Shown here: positions 22,901 through 36,573 of the stretch, in pieces
How positions within the stretch are numbered: position 1 is the first letter of the stretch
How the letters are laid out: each line of letters starts with the position of its first letter
Assembly: GCA_963920595.1 (NCBI GenBank)
Contig: OY986948.1
Span: forward strand, 4,898,001-4,962,000
Origin: Eimeria praecox
Lineage: Eukaryota
Length of the DNA stretch: 64,000 bases
Reading direction: 5' to 3'
Position numbers and translations under genes: made by a program
Notes under the pieces: model-generated
Told to the model about the DNA's origin: nothing
Database searches by the model: none
What the model saw: the letters and a program-made list of their open reading frames with translations, nothing else

Positions 22901-25900
22901 CGCTGTTTGGGTAGTTGTTGCATGTGGCGCGCAGGTGTATCAATGCATTCGTGTTAACGAGCACCTGCACTTGCCTGTGTGCGGCGAGGGTGTGCCTCAA
23001 ATGTCGGAGTAGAGCACGATGTTTGGCGAGCGGCCGAGCCGTTGACCACTGGGTAAGGATGGCGTGCAACTGCGTGCGCAACCTGTAGCAGGTGTAGCAG
23101 ATGCCTAGCGGCGCGGATGTCGGACTTCGGGCGAGCGGCAGCGGCCACGCGGGGCTGCTTAGTGCAGCAAGGCCCCTGTATGCGAAAATGACGGGTCGGA
23201 AAGTGGTGGGAGGGACAGCGTCTTCGCTGACGGTAGCGGTGGGAACAGGCATGGCTTTCGATTCTTAAGCTGGAATGCCATTATATGTGCATTGAATGAA
23301 TTCCGGCTGACTGTGTGGTATGATGCATGAAGCGTTATTTGCGCCGCGAGCTGTGCCACTCTGCCTTTATCCGCATTGTTAGCATGGGCAGTTGAAGAGT
23401 AGCTACTTGAGGCGGCCATGCGTGCGACTATTAGGCGTGGATCGGATGTTGGAGTGTTTGCGTTGCCAGGAGCAGGTGCGTGGTTAACGCAACACTGTTA
23501 GAGCAGGGTGGGAAAGGGAAGAGTGTGGCTAATGGGCCGTTGCCTTAGTGATGGGTTGCACGATATTAGTGAGCAAAGGGGTGTGTGTGTCGACGCGTGT
23601 AGCTTGTCCGTTGTTTGTTGATCTGCTACACGTGATTCGGGGTTGCACGGGAGCATTGGTGGAAGCATGCATTTGCGGCGTGTTTTCGACTTCGACCGGC
23701 TGTGTCATGCCTTGTTCTGTAGCAGCGGTTTGCTGAGGACCTCATAAATGGGCTATTAGGCAGGGATTGAATGCAGATATAAAGTGAACATGCGCCTGGT
23801 CGTTTTTGGTGCGGTGCTCAACTGAGAGAGGTGCCATGCACTCGCATGTGTGCGGATGCATGCGTGGGGATGGCCAGTGCAGCACGGCACTGGAAGCGCG
23901 AGTGCACGAGCTCTTAGCTTTGATGAGGGGCATCGCTTGCCCTAGATATGTGGAGTTCTGGACTCTTTCGGTTTGACTGAGTTTGAAGCTGCAGCCAGTG
24001 CGTTGTGAACAACTCTGTAACTTTGTGACTGCAGTGGGGGCCGCTCGTTTTGTGCATGACCTACGCAACACATCGGGTGGCGCCGTGTGCAAGCACAGGG
24101 AGAGGAATGGTGCTAGCTTCTACGCAGCCTACGTTTACCTGCTGCTCAGGGGACAGAGTTGAGTGCAGCAGCAGAGGCGCGTGTAGGGGGGACAGCAAGC
24201 AGAAACCGTAGGGTATGTGGTACACTCAAACCGTCTTGCGGTTGTTAGTTGTGTGGCTATCGCGAGTTCAGCGAGTAGTCTAAGGTCTACGAGGTCACAG
24301 TAGAGGGCGTTGGATGGGCTGGAGAGATGGATTAAACATGCAACGGGCGCAACTCTGCTGAGCTACATTCACCGGTAAGACGTGTTGCAGGGTGTTCGGA
24401 TGCAGCGTGATGTGTGTCTACTCGCCCAGCGCGTACGCTGTTTGGGTAGTTGTTGCATGTGGCGCGCAGGTGTATCAATGCATTCGTGTTAACGAGCACC
24501 TGCACTTGCCTGTGTGCGGCGAGGGTGTGCCTCAAATGTCGGAGTAGAGCACGATGTTTGGCGAGCGGCCGAGCCGTTGACCACTGGGTAAGGATGGCGT
24601 GCAACTGCGTGCGCAACCTGTAGCAGGTGTAGCAGATGCCTAGCGGCGCGGATGTCGGACTTCGGGCGAGCGGCAGCGGCCACGCGGGGCTGCTTAGTGC
24701 AGCAAGGCCCCTGTATGCGAAAATGACGGGTCGGAAAGTGGTGGGAGGGACAGCGTCTTCGCTGACGGTAGCGGTGGGAACAGGCATGGCTTTCGATTCT
24801 TAAGCTGGAATGCCATTATATGTGCATTGAATGAATTCCGGCTGACTGTGTGGTATGATGCATGAAGCGTTATTTGCGCCGCGAGCTGTGCCACTCTGCC
24901 TTTATCCGCATTGTTAGCATGGGCAGTTGAAGAGTAGCTACTTGAGGCGGCCATGCGTGCGACTATTAGGCGTGGATCAGATGTTGGAGTGTTTGCGTTG
25001 CCAGGAGCAGGTGCGTGGTTAACGCAACACTGTTAGAGCAGGGTGGGAAAGGGAAGAGTGTGGCTAATGGGCCGTTGCCTTAGTGATGGGTTGCACGATA
25101 TTAGTGAGCAAATGGGTGTGTGTGTCGACGCGTGTAGCTTGTCCGTTGTTTGTTGATCTGCTACACGTGATTCGGGGTTGCACGGGAGCATTGGTGGAAG
25201 CATGCATTTGCGGCGTGTTTTCGACTTCGACCGGCTGTGTCATGCCTTGTTCTGTAGCAGCGGTTTGCTGAGGACCTCATAAATGGGCTATTAGGCAGGG
25301 ATTGAATGCAGATATAAAGTGAACATGCGCCTGGTCGTTTTTGGTGCGGTGCTCAACTGAGAGAGGTGCCATGCACTCGCATGTGTGCGGATGCATGCGT
25401 GGGGATGGCCAGTGCAGCACGGCACTGGAAGCGCGAGTGCACGAGCTCTTAGCTTTGATGAGGGGCATCGCTTGCCCTAGATATGTGGAGTTCTGGACTC
25501 TTTCGGTTTGACTGAGTTTGAAGCTGCAGCCAGTGCGTTGTGAACAACTCTGTAACTTTGTGACTGCAGTGGGGGCCGCTCGTTTTGTGCATGACCTACG
25601 CAACACATCGGGTGGCGCCGTGTGCAAGCACAGGGAGAGGAATGGTGCTAGCTTCTACGCAGCCTACGTTTACCTGCTGCTCAGGGGACAGAGTTGAGTG
25701 CAGCAGCAGAGGCGCGTGTAGGGGGGACAGCAAGCAGAAACCGTAGGGTATGTGGTACACTCAAACCGTCTTGCGGTTGTTAGTTGTGTGGCTATCGCGA
25801 GTTCAGCGAGTAGTCTAAGGTCTACGAGGTCACAGTAGAGGGCGTTGGATGGGCTGGAGAGATGGATTAAACATGCAACGGGCGCAACTCTGCTGAGCTA

Positions 25901-28900
25901 CATTCACCGGTAAGACGTGTTGCAGGGTGTTCGGATGCAGCGTGATGTGTGTCTACTCGCCCAGCGCGTACGCTGTTTGGGTAGTTGTTGCATGTGGCGC
26001 GCAGGTGTATCAATGCATTCGTGTTAACGAGCACCTGCACTTGCCTGTGTGCGGCGAGGGTGTGCCTCAAATGTCGGAGTAGAGCACGATGTTTGGCGAG
26101 CGGCCGAGCCGTTGACCACTGGGTAAGGATGGCGTGCAACTGCGTGCGCAACCTGTAGCAGGTGTAGCAGATGCCTAGCGGCGCGGATGTCGGACTTCGG
26201 GCGAGCGGCAGCGGCCACGCGGGGCTGCTTAGTGCAGCAAGGCCCCTGTATGCGAAAATGACGGGTCGGAAAGTGGTGGGAGGGACAGCGTCTTCGCTGA
26301 CGGTAGCGGTGGGAACAGGCATGGCTTTCGATTCTTAAGCTGGAATGCCATTATATGTGCATTGAATGAATTCCGGCTGACTGTGTGGTATGATGCATGA
26401 AGCGTTATTTGCGCCGCGAGCTGTGCCACTCTGCCTTTATCCGCATTGTTAGCATGGGCAGTTGAAGAGTAGCTACTTGAGGCGGCCATGCGTGCGACTA
26501 TTAGGCGTGGATCAGATGTTGGAGTGTTTGCGTTGCCAGGAGCAGGTGCGTGGTTAACGCAACACTGTTAGAGCAGGGTGGGAAAGGGAAGAGTGTGGCT
26601 AATGGGCCGTTGCCTTAGTGATGGGTTGCACGATATTAGTGAGCAAATGGGTGTGTGTGTCGACGCGTGTAGCTTGTCCGTTGTTTGTTGATCTGCTACA
26701 CGTGATTCGGGGTTGCACGGGAGCATTGGTGGAAGCATGCATTTGCGGCGTGTTTTCGACTTCGACCGGCTGTGTCATGCCTTGTTCTGTAGCAGCGGCT
26801 TGCTGAGGACCTCATAAATGGGCTATTAGGAAGGGATTGAATGCAGATATAAAGTGAACATGCGCCTGGTCGTTTTTGGTGCGGTGCTCAACTGAGAGAG
26901 GTGCCATGCACTCGCATGTGTGCGGATGCATGCGTGGGGATGGCCAGTGTAGCACGGCACTGGAAGCGCGAGTGCACGAGCTCTTAGCTTTGATGAGGGG
27001 CATCGCTTGCCCTAGATATGTGGAGTTCTGGACTCTTTCGGTTTGACTGAGTTTGAAGCTGCAGCCAGTGCGTTGTGAACAACTCTGTAACTTTGTGACT
27101 GCAGTGGGGGCCGCTCGTTTTGTGCATGACCTACGCAACACATCGGGTGGCGCCGTGTGCAAGCACAGGGAGAGGAATGGTGCTAGCTTCTACGCAGCCT
27201 ACGTTTACCTGCTGCTCAGGGGACAGAGTTGAGTGCAGCAGCAGAGGCGTGTGTAGGGGGGACAGCAAGCAGAAACCGTAGGGTATGTGGTACGCTCAAA
27301 CCGTCTTGCGGTTGTTAGTTGTGTGGCTATCGCGAGTTCAGCGAGTAGTCTAAGGTCTACGAGGTCACAGTAGAGGGCGTTGGATGGGCTGGAGAGATGG
27401 ATTAAACATGCAACGGGCGCAACTCTGCTGAGCTACATTCACCGGTAAGACGTGTTGCAGGGTGTTCGGATGCACCGTGATGTTTGTCTACTCGCCCAGC
27501 GCGTACGCTGTTTGGGTAGTTGTTGCATGTGGCGCGCAGGTGTATCAATGCATTCGTGTTAACGAGCACCTGCACTTGCCTGTGTGCGGCGAGGGTGTGC
27601 CTCAAATGTCGGAGTAGAGCACGATGTTTGGCGAGCGGCCGAGCCGTTGACCACTGGGTAAGGATGGCGTGCAACTGCGTGCGCAACCTGTAGCAGGTGT
27701 AGCAGATGCCTAGCGGCGCGGATGTCGGACTTCGGGCGAGCGGCAGCGGCCACGCGGGGCTGCTTAGTGCAGCAAGGCCCCTGTATGCGAAAATGACGGG
27801 TCGGAAAGTGGTGGGAGGGACAGCGTCTTCGCTGACGGTAGCGGTGGGAACAGGCATGGCTTTCGATTCTTAAGCTGGAATGCCATTATATGTGCATTGA
27901 ATGAATTCCGGCTGACTGTGTGGTATGATGCATGAAGCGTTATTTGCGCCGCGAGCTGTGCCACTCTGCCTTTATCCGCATTGTTAGCATGGGCAGTTGA
28001 AGAGTAGCTACTTGAGGCGGCCATGCGTGCGACTATTAGGCGTGGATCGGATGTTGGAGTGTTTGCGTTGCCAGGAGCAGGTGCGTGGTTAACGCAACAC
28101 TGTTAGAGCAGGGTGGGAAAGGGAAGAGTGTGGCTAATGGGCCGTTGCCTTAGTGATGGGTTGCACGATATTAGTGAGCAAAGGGGTGTGTGTGTCGACG
28201 CGTGTAGCTTGTCCGTTGTTTGTTGATCTGCTACACGTGATTCGGGGTTGCACGGGAGCATTGGTGGAAGCATGCATTTGCGGCGTGTTTTCGACTTCGA
28301 CCGGCTGTGTCATGCCTTGTTCTGTAGCAGCGGCTTGCTGAGGACCTCATAAATGGGCTATTAGGCAGGGATTGAATGCAGATATAAAGTGAACATGCGC
28401 CTGGTCGTTTTTGGTGCGGTGCTCAACTGAGAGAGGTGCCATGCACTCGCATGTGTGCGGATGCATGCGTGGGGATGGCCAGTGTAGCACGGCACTGGAA
28501 GCGCGAGTGCACGAGCTCTTAGCTTTGATGAGGGGCATCGCTTGCCCTAGATATGTGGAGTTCTGGACTCTTTCGGTTTGACTGAGTTTGAAGCTGCAGC
28601 CAGTGCGTTGTGAACAACTCTGTAACTTTGTGACTGCAGTGGGGGCCGCTCGTTTTGTGCATGACCTACGCAACACATCGGGTGGCGCCGTGTGCAAGCA
28701 CAGGGAGAGGAATGGTGCTAGCTTCTACGCAGCCTACGTTTACCTGCTGCTCAGGGGACAGAGTTGAGTGCAGCAGCAGAGGCGCGTGTAGGGGGGACAG
28801 CAAGCAGAAACCGTAGGGTATGTGGTACACTCAAACCGTCTTGCGGTTGTTAGTTGTGTGGCTATCGCGAGTTCAGCGAGTAGTCTAAGGTCTACGAGGT

Positions 28901-31900
28901 CACAGTAGAGGGCGTTGGATGGGCTGGAGAGATGGATTAAACATGCAACGGGCGCAACTCTGCTGAGCTACATTCACCGGTAAGACGTGTTGCAGGGTGT
29001 TCGGATGCAGCGTGATGTGTGTCTACTCGCCCAGCGCGTACGCTGTTTGGGTAGTTGTTGCATGTGGCGCGCAGGTGTATCAATGCATTCGTGTTAACGA
29101 GCACCTGCACTTGCCTGTGTGCGGCGAGGGTGTGCCTCAAATGTCGGAGTAGAGCACGATGTTTGGCGAGCGGCCGAGCCGTTGACCACTGGGTAAGGAT
29201 GGCGTGCAACTGCGTGCGCAACCTGTAGCAGGTGTAGCAGACGCCTAGCGGCGCGGATGTCGGACTTCGGGCGAGCGGCAGCGGCCACGCGGGGCTGCTT
29301 AGTGCAGCAAGGCCCCTGTATGCGAAAATGACGGGTCGGAAAGTGGTGGGAGGGACAGCGTCTTCGCTGACGGTAGCGGTGGGAACAGGCATGGCTTTCG
29401 ATTCTTAAGCTGGAATGCCATTATATGTGCATTGAATGAATTCCGGCTGACTGTGTGGTATGATGCATGAAGCGTTATTTGCGCCGCGAGCTGTGCCACT
29501 CTGCCTTTATCCGCATTGTTAGCATGGGCAGTTGAAGAGTAGCTACTTGAGGCGGCCATGCGTGCGACTATTAGGCGTGGATCGGATGTTGGAGTGTTTG
29601 CGTTGCCAGGAGCAGGTGCGTGGTTAACGCAACACTGTTAGAGCAGGGTGGGAAAGGGAAGAGTGTGGCTAATGGGCCGTTGCCTTAGTGATGGGTTGCA
29701 CGATATTAGTGAGCAAAGGGGTGTGTGTGTCGACGCGTGTAGCTTGTCCGTTGTTTGTTGATCTGCTACACGTGATTCGGGGTTGCACGGGAGCATTGGT
29801 GGAAGCATGCATTTGCGGCGTGTTTTCGACTTCGACCGGCTGTGTCATGCCTTGTTCTGTAGCAGCGGTTTGCTGAGGACCTCATAAATGGGCTATTAGG
29901 CAGGGATTGAATGCAGATATAAAGTGAACATGCGCCTGGTCGTTTTTGGTGCGGTGCTCAACTGAGAGAGGTGCCATGCACTCGCATGTGTGCGGATGCA
30001 TGCGTGGGGATGGCCAGTGCAGCACGGCACTGGAAGCGCGAGTGCACGAGCTCTTAGCTTTGATGAGGGGCATCGCTTGCCCTAGATATGTGGAGTTCTG
30101 GACTCTTTCGGTTTGACTGAGTTTGAAGCTGCAGCCAGTGCGTTGTGAACAACTCTGTAACTTTGTGACTGCAGTGGGGGCCGCTCGTTTTGTGCATGAC
30201 CTACGCAACACATCGGGTGGCGCCGTGTGCAAGCACAGGGAGAGGAATGGTGCTAGCTTCTACGCAGCCTACGTTTACCTGCTGCTCAGGGGACAGAGTT
30301 GAGTGCAGCAGCAGAGGCGCGTGTAGGGGGGACAGCAAGCAGAAACCGTAGGGTATGTGGTACACTCAAACCGTCTTGCGGTTGTTAGTTGTGTGGCTAT
30401 CGCGAGTTCAGCGAGTAGTCTAAGGTCTACGAGGTCACAGTAGAGGGCGTTGGATGGGCTGGAGAGATGGATTAAACATGCAACGGGCGCAACTCTGCTG
30501 AGCTACATTCACCGGTAAGACGTGTTGCAGGGTGTTCGGATGCAGCGTGATGTGTGTCTACTCGCCCAGCGCGTACGCTGTTTGGGTAGTTGTTGCATGT
30601 GGCGCGCAGGTGTATCAATGCATTCGTGTTAACGAGCACCTGCACTTGCCTGTGTGCGGCGAGGGTGTGCCTCAAATGTCGGAGTAGAGCACGATGTTTG
30701 GCGAGCGGCCGAGCCGTTGACCACTGGGTAAGGATGGCGTGCAACTGCGTGCGCAACCTGTAGCAGGTGTAGCAGATGCCTAGCGGCGCGGATGTCGGAC
30801 TTCGGGCGAGCGGCAGCGGCCACGCGGGGCTGCTTAGTGCAGCAAGGCCCCTGTATGCGAAAATGACGGGTCGGAAAGTGGTGGGAGGGACAGCGTCTTC
30901 GCTGACGGTAGCGGTGGGAACAGGCATGGCTTTCGATTCTTAAGCTGGAATGCCATTATATGTGCATTGAATGAATTCCGGCTGACTGTGTGGTATGATG
31001 CATGAAGCGTTATTTGCGCCGCGAGCTGTGCCACTCTGCCTTTATCCGCATTGTTAGCATGGGCAGTTGAAGAGTAGCTACTTGAGGTGGCCATGCGTGC
31101 GACTATTAGGCGTGGATCGGATGTTGGAGTGTTTGCGTTGCCAGGAGCAGGTGCGTGGTTAACGCAACACTGTTAGAGCAGGGTGGGAAAGGGAAGAGTG
31201 TGGCTAATGGGCCGTTGCCTTAGTGATGGGTTGCACGATATTAGTGAGCAAAGGGGTGTGTGTGTCGACGCGTGTAGCTTGTCCGTTGTTTGTTGATCTG
31301 CTACACGTGATTCGGGGTTGCACGGGAGCATTGGTGGAAGCATGCATTTGCGGCGTGTTTTCGACTTCGACCGGCTGTGTCATGCCTTGTTCTGTAGCAG
31401 CGGCTTGCTGAGGACCTCATAAATGGGCCATTAGGCAGGGATTGAATGCAGATATAAAGTGAACATGCGCCTGGTCGTTTTTGGTGCGGTGCTCAACTGA
31501 GAGAGGTGCCATGCACTCGCATGTGTGCGGATGCATGCGTGGGGATGGCCAGTGTAGCACGGCACTGGAAGCGCGAGTGCACGAGCTCTTAGCTTTGATG
31601 AGGGGCATCGCTTGCCCTAGATATGTGGAGTTCTGGACTCTTTCGGTTTGACTGAGTTTGAAGCTGCAGCCAGTGCGTTGTGAACAACTCTGTAACTTTG
31701 TGACTGCAGTGGGAGCCGCTCGTTTTGTGCATGACCTACGCAACACATCGGGTGGCGCCGTGTGCAAGCACAGGGAGAGGAATGGTGCTAGCTTCTACGC
31801 AGCCTACGTTTACCTGCTGCTCAGGGGACAGAGTTGAGTGCAGCAGCAGAGGCGTGTGTAGGGGGGACAGCAAGCAGAAACCGTAGGGTATGTGGTACAC

Positions 31901-34036
31901 TCAAACCGTCTTGCGGTTGTTAGTTGTGTGGCTATCGCGAGTTCAGTGAGTAGTCTAAGGTCTACGAGGTCACAGTAGAGGGCGTTGGATGGGCTGGAGA
32001 GATGGATTAAACATGCAACGGGCGCAACTCTGCTGAGCTACATTCACCGGTAAGACGTGTTGCAGGGTGTTCGGATGCAGCGTGATGTGTGTCTACTCGC
32101 CCAGCGCGTACGCTGTTTGGGTAGTTGTTGCATGTGGCGCGCAGGTGTATCAATGCATTCGTGTTAACGAGCACCTGCACTTGCCTGTGTGCGGCGAGGG
32201 TGTGCCTCAAATGTCGGAGTAGAGCACGATGTTTGGCGAGCGGCCGAGCAGTTGACCACTGGGTAAGGATGGCGTGCAACTGCGTGCGCAACCTGTAGCA
32301 GGTGTAGCAGATGCCTAGCGGCGCGGATGTCGGACTTCGGGCGAGCGGCAGCGGCCACGCGGGGCTGCTTAGTGCAGCAAGGCCCCTGTATGCGAAAATG
32401 ACGGGTCGGAAAGTGGTGGGAGGGACAGCGTCTTCGCTGACGGTAGCGGTGGGAACAGGCATGGCTTTCGATTCTTAAGCTGGAATGCCATTATATGTGC
32501 ATTGAATGAATTCCGGCTGACTGTGTGGTATGATGCATGAAGCGTTATTTGCGCCGCGAGCTGTGCCACTCTGCCTTTATCCGCATTGTTAGCATGGGCA
32601 GTTGAAGAGTAGCTACTTGAGGCGGCCATGCGTGCGACTATTAGGCGTGGATCGGATGTTGGAGTGTTTGCGTTGCCAGGAGCAGGTGCGTGGTTAACGC
32701 AACACTGTTAGAGCAGGGTGGGAAAGGGAAGAGTGTGGCTAATGGGCCGTTGCCTTAGTGATGGGTTGCACGATATTAGTGAGCAAAGGGGTGTGTGTGT
32801 CGACGCGTGTAGCTTGTCCGTTGTTTGTTGATCTGCTACACGTGATTCGGGGTTGCACGGGAGCATTGGTGGAAGCATGCATTTGCGGCGTGTTTTCGAC
32901 TTCGACCGGCTGTGTCATGCCTTGTTCTGTAGCAGCGGCTTGCTGAGGACCTCATAAATGGGCCATTAGGCAGGGATTGAATGCAGATATAAAGTGAACA
33001 TGCGCCTGGTCGTTTTTGGTGCGGTGCTCAACTGAGAGAGGTGCAATGCACTCGCATGTGTGCGGATGCATGCGTGGGGATGGCCAGTGTAGCACGGCAC
33101 TGGAAGCGCGAGTGCACGAGCTCTTAGCTTTGATGAGGGGCATCGCTTGCCCTAGATATGTGGAGTTCTGGACTCTTTCGGTTTGACTGAGTTTGAAGCT
33201 GCAGCCAGTGCGTTGTGAACAACTCTGTAACTTTGTGACTGCAGTGGGGGCCGCTCGTTTTGTGCATGACCTACGCAACACATCGGGTGGCGCCGTGTGC
33301 AAGCACAGGGAGAGGAATGGTGCTAGCTTCTACGCAGCCTACGTTTACCTGCTGCTCAGGGGACAGAGTTGAGTGCAGCAGCAGAGGCGTGTGTAGGGGG
33401 GATAGCAAGCAGAAACCGCAGGGTATGTGGTACGCTCAAGCTGTCTTGCGGTTGTTAGTTGTGTGGCTATCGCGAGTTCAGCGAGTAGTCTAAGGTCTAC
33501 GAGGTCACAGCAGAGGGCGTTGGATGAGCTGGAGAGATGGATCAAACATGCAACGGGCGCAACTCTGCTGAGTTACATTCACCGGTAAGACGTGTTGCAG
33601 GGTGTTCGGATGCAGCGTGATGTGTGTCTACTCGCCCAGCGCGTACGCTGTTTGGGTAGTTGTTGCATGTGGCGCGCAGGTGTATCAATGCATTCGTGTT
33701 AACGAGCACCTGCACTTGCCTGTGTGCGGCGAGGGTGTGCCTCAAATGTCGGAGTAGAGCACGATGTTTGGCGAGCGGCCGAGCCGTTGACCACTGGGTA
33801 AGGATGGCGTGCAACTGCGTGCGCAACCTGTAGCAGGTGTAGCAGATGCCTAGCGGCGCGGATGTCGGACTTCGGGCGAGCGGCAGCGGCCACGCGGGGC
33901 TGCTTAGTGCAGCAAGGCCCCTGTATGCGAAAATGACGGGTCGGAAAGTGGTGGGAGGGACAGCGTCTTCGCTGACGGTAGCGGTGGGAACAGGCATGGC
34001 TTTCGATTCTTAAGCTGGAATGCCATTATATGTGCA
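19645..34036. repeat. Tandem array of a 1535-bp unit, 9 full copies plus a 577-bp partial
   Basis: Units start at 19645 + n x 1535 up to 33460; ORF-track entries repeat at 19727, 21262 ... 33542; the array ends abruptly after ...attatatgtgca at 34036. Confidence 0.97.
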
Positions 34037-36545
34037 ACCGCTAAGTTGCAGCGAGATGCGGACCAGCAGTTGTATATAGGTGGCGTGTAGATGGTATGCA
34101 GGGTGGTTCGTGGGGTGGGCCTGGTGTTTAACGGAGGCGACAGGCTAGGCAACTGAATCAGAGCGTTCGTTTGAGGGGTAGATTGTGTATGCCTGCAGAT
34201 GGGCGTAGATGTGGATTAACTGCAGGTGCATTGACGAAGCCTTGTATATGGTGGTGTAGGATACCAATGCATTTCCGAGAGTGTGCTCCTGTCGTGCTCT
34301 GTTGCGCATGGGAGGCGTGCAACAGTGTTCTAAAAAATGGTGGAGAGGTGTGTTTGGTGCTTAGGCATGCGGGACGCCAAATAGCCATTTCTTGATTGGA
34401 ATACGCTCTGCCGTTAATGCGTCGCTGCAAAGTTCGTATGTACAAATGGAAGTATTCACAGTGCTATGCAGCTGAGACGGTTCTTGCGCGTCATCAGCCA
34501 TATCGTCAAAGTAGAAAATGAAAAGACATGATGGTGTATCTGTGTGCAATGGCAGATGAGTGAAAGCGGTAACCGCCACAATCCGTATTACATTTTATGT
34601 GGCCATCAATAGTGTAGAGAGTGCAAAGGAGCTCGCAGAATCGACGAGGGATGCTTGAGGTTTAGTCAGAGCAGTCTTGTGGGAAGAGCGCCGCTGTCGG
34701 ATCCCCATGCCTGCAGTAACGGCTGCAGGGTGCTTTCGAACAATCAGGTTTGTGCCAGCGTGCAAGGCTTTCGGGTTTTGGGAGAGATGCTTGGATGCGG
34801 TTTGGTAATCAAGGGCAGCGCATGCAACCGGAGTCGCTTCCATTAGGCCTTTGGTGCTTAGCAGCTGTGCCGACTGGTGGGGCGGGGCGCGCTAGTTGCG
34901 GAACACCCCAGCGACTGGCCAGCAGGAAAAGATGGGCTACAACTGCAAACTCATCAGCTCATGACTCATGAGGTAAGCATTCTTGTTAGTCACAGCCGAC
35001 GGTAATGTCTGTATGCGGAGTGCAACAGCATCACTAAAAACAAAGGATCCAGAAGAGCTTGGAGGTGAGAGTTTGCATTGTTTCCACTAATACCTGTATC
35101 ATCGGATGTATTGGGGCAGGCAGGCGTTGGTTCTGCAGTGTGTGCACTGCGACGAGTTTTGACGCCCAGTGGATGATAAGCGCCATGTGGGAGGAGGACG
35201 AGAAGGGGGCGTGCGTGTGTTTGCGCCTGCGTGTTTGCATGCGTCTGTGTCTGTGAGGTGTAACGAGTGCTCTGAAGTGGTTGGGGAAGCACGAGCAAGT
35301 GCGTTGCACGAGGCTAGAACACATGCGCAGAGAGCATTGGCTCTGGCGGGTAGTTCGAGAACGCGTTACCGGCACTATGCTAGTAAGCAACGCTGGGCTG
35401 TGCCGACGTGCTTTGAAAGCACCACAGATTAGAAAAAGGGCGGTGTATTTGTTGTGCCCCCCGATGGTTTCTCTACGGTAGCAAGGCAGTAGTGCGCTAC
35501 ATGGCATTGTGTAGCATTGTGTAGTTGGCACGTTTCGTGATGTTTTTCCAGCTGCCCTCGCCACCATTGTCATTCGCTGTCGGTGAACGTTTAACTAGTG
35601 CTTTAAACACAGCTGGTACGCAAAAAGTAGCATAGCTTTACTGGGTTTTGCGTATGCAGGCTCCAGGGCGCGCTGTCTCGAAGTATGCCTGTCTGCTTCT
35701 CAGGCCCACGTGCAGGTCACACAGCGGGTGTACGCCGTCACGTTTCCCCACTACGACTGCCTCACAAATAAAAACGTAAGGAAAACCTTGGGGATCATCA
35801 CTATTTACTCACCACGTACATGATGCAACTGATTGATTGTCCGCACACGAAAGTGCCCAGAGGTGCTTTTGCAGTGCTTGGAATATGCGAGTGCTATTTT
35901 ACGTGACTCCTTTAAGGGCGTTTCCCAGCTGCCTTTGCTGGGGTGGTCACGTGCATCCACATGGCTCATTTTGAGTTAAGCTGTACTTGGTGGACAACTG
36001 AGATTCGCAGGTGCACCTTCCGTTTGTCAGGGGGAGTCGCTGAGGAGGTGTATTTCGTTCCGGCGTGGGGAAAGGTGGGGAATAAGATTGGTTGCCGTTG
36101 AAAAACCTAATAAATTCGTCCAGCTGGTAAGCGTGAACGTCCACCAATATTTGCGGTGGTGCAGATCAATGACGAGAGGTAGGTGGCATTGCTAGTAAGC
36201 AGTAGGCTTGTATCTACCGGACAGCTTTTGAAGGCTGCACGCAAAGTGGAATTTACATAGATACAATCCTGCGAACAAGCAGACTGGCGCATATAAGGTT
36301 AGTATACGCGCCCACAAGTTTATTTGGGTAAATATCCACGGCAGTGTCATGCGAACGTGTTCATTGCTAACACCACAGGAGGTGGGTACAGGCATATTGG
36401 AAGCGTCACATGTCAGGGCACTTTATGCAATGGGTACAAACCGCGAGGCTGATTTTGTCAATATGCTGTACAGCCTATATGGCCAATCACAAACAGAACC
36501 CAGTGCATGAGCCTGGAGAACGGGAGGACCCAAACGTACAAAGTT
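34037..36545. other. Single-copy (within this window) non-coding spacer between the 1535-bp array and duplication copy B
   Basis: No long match elsewhere in the window by eye; only short, overlapping, uninformative ORFs. Confidence 0.6.
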
Positions 36546-36573
36546 TGGGCAACAGGGTAGATGGGGCGCTTAA

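Noticed and set aside
14098..34036. 601-bp and 1535-bp arrays as tandem RNA genes (5S rRNA, snRNA, tRNA) or tandem protein genes
   Set aside because: No recognisable 5S, snRNA or tRNA sequence by eye. ORFs are short, overlapping and in places broken by polymorphic stops (106 vs 89 aa). An Infernal/Rfam scan would be decisive.
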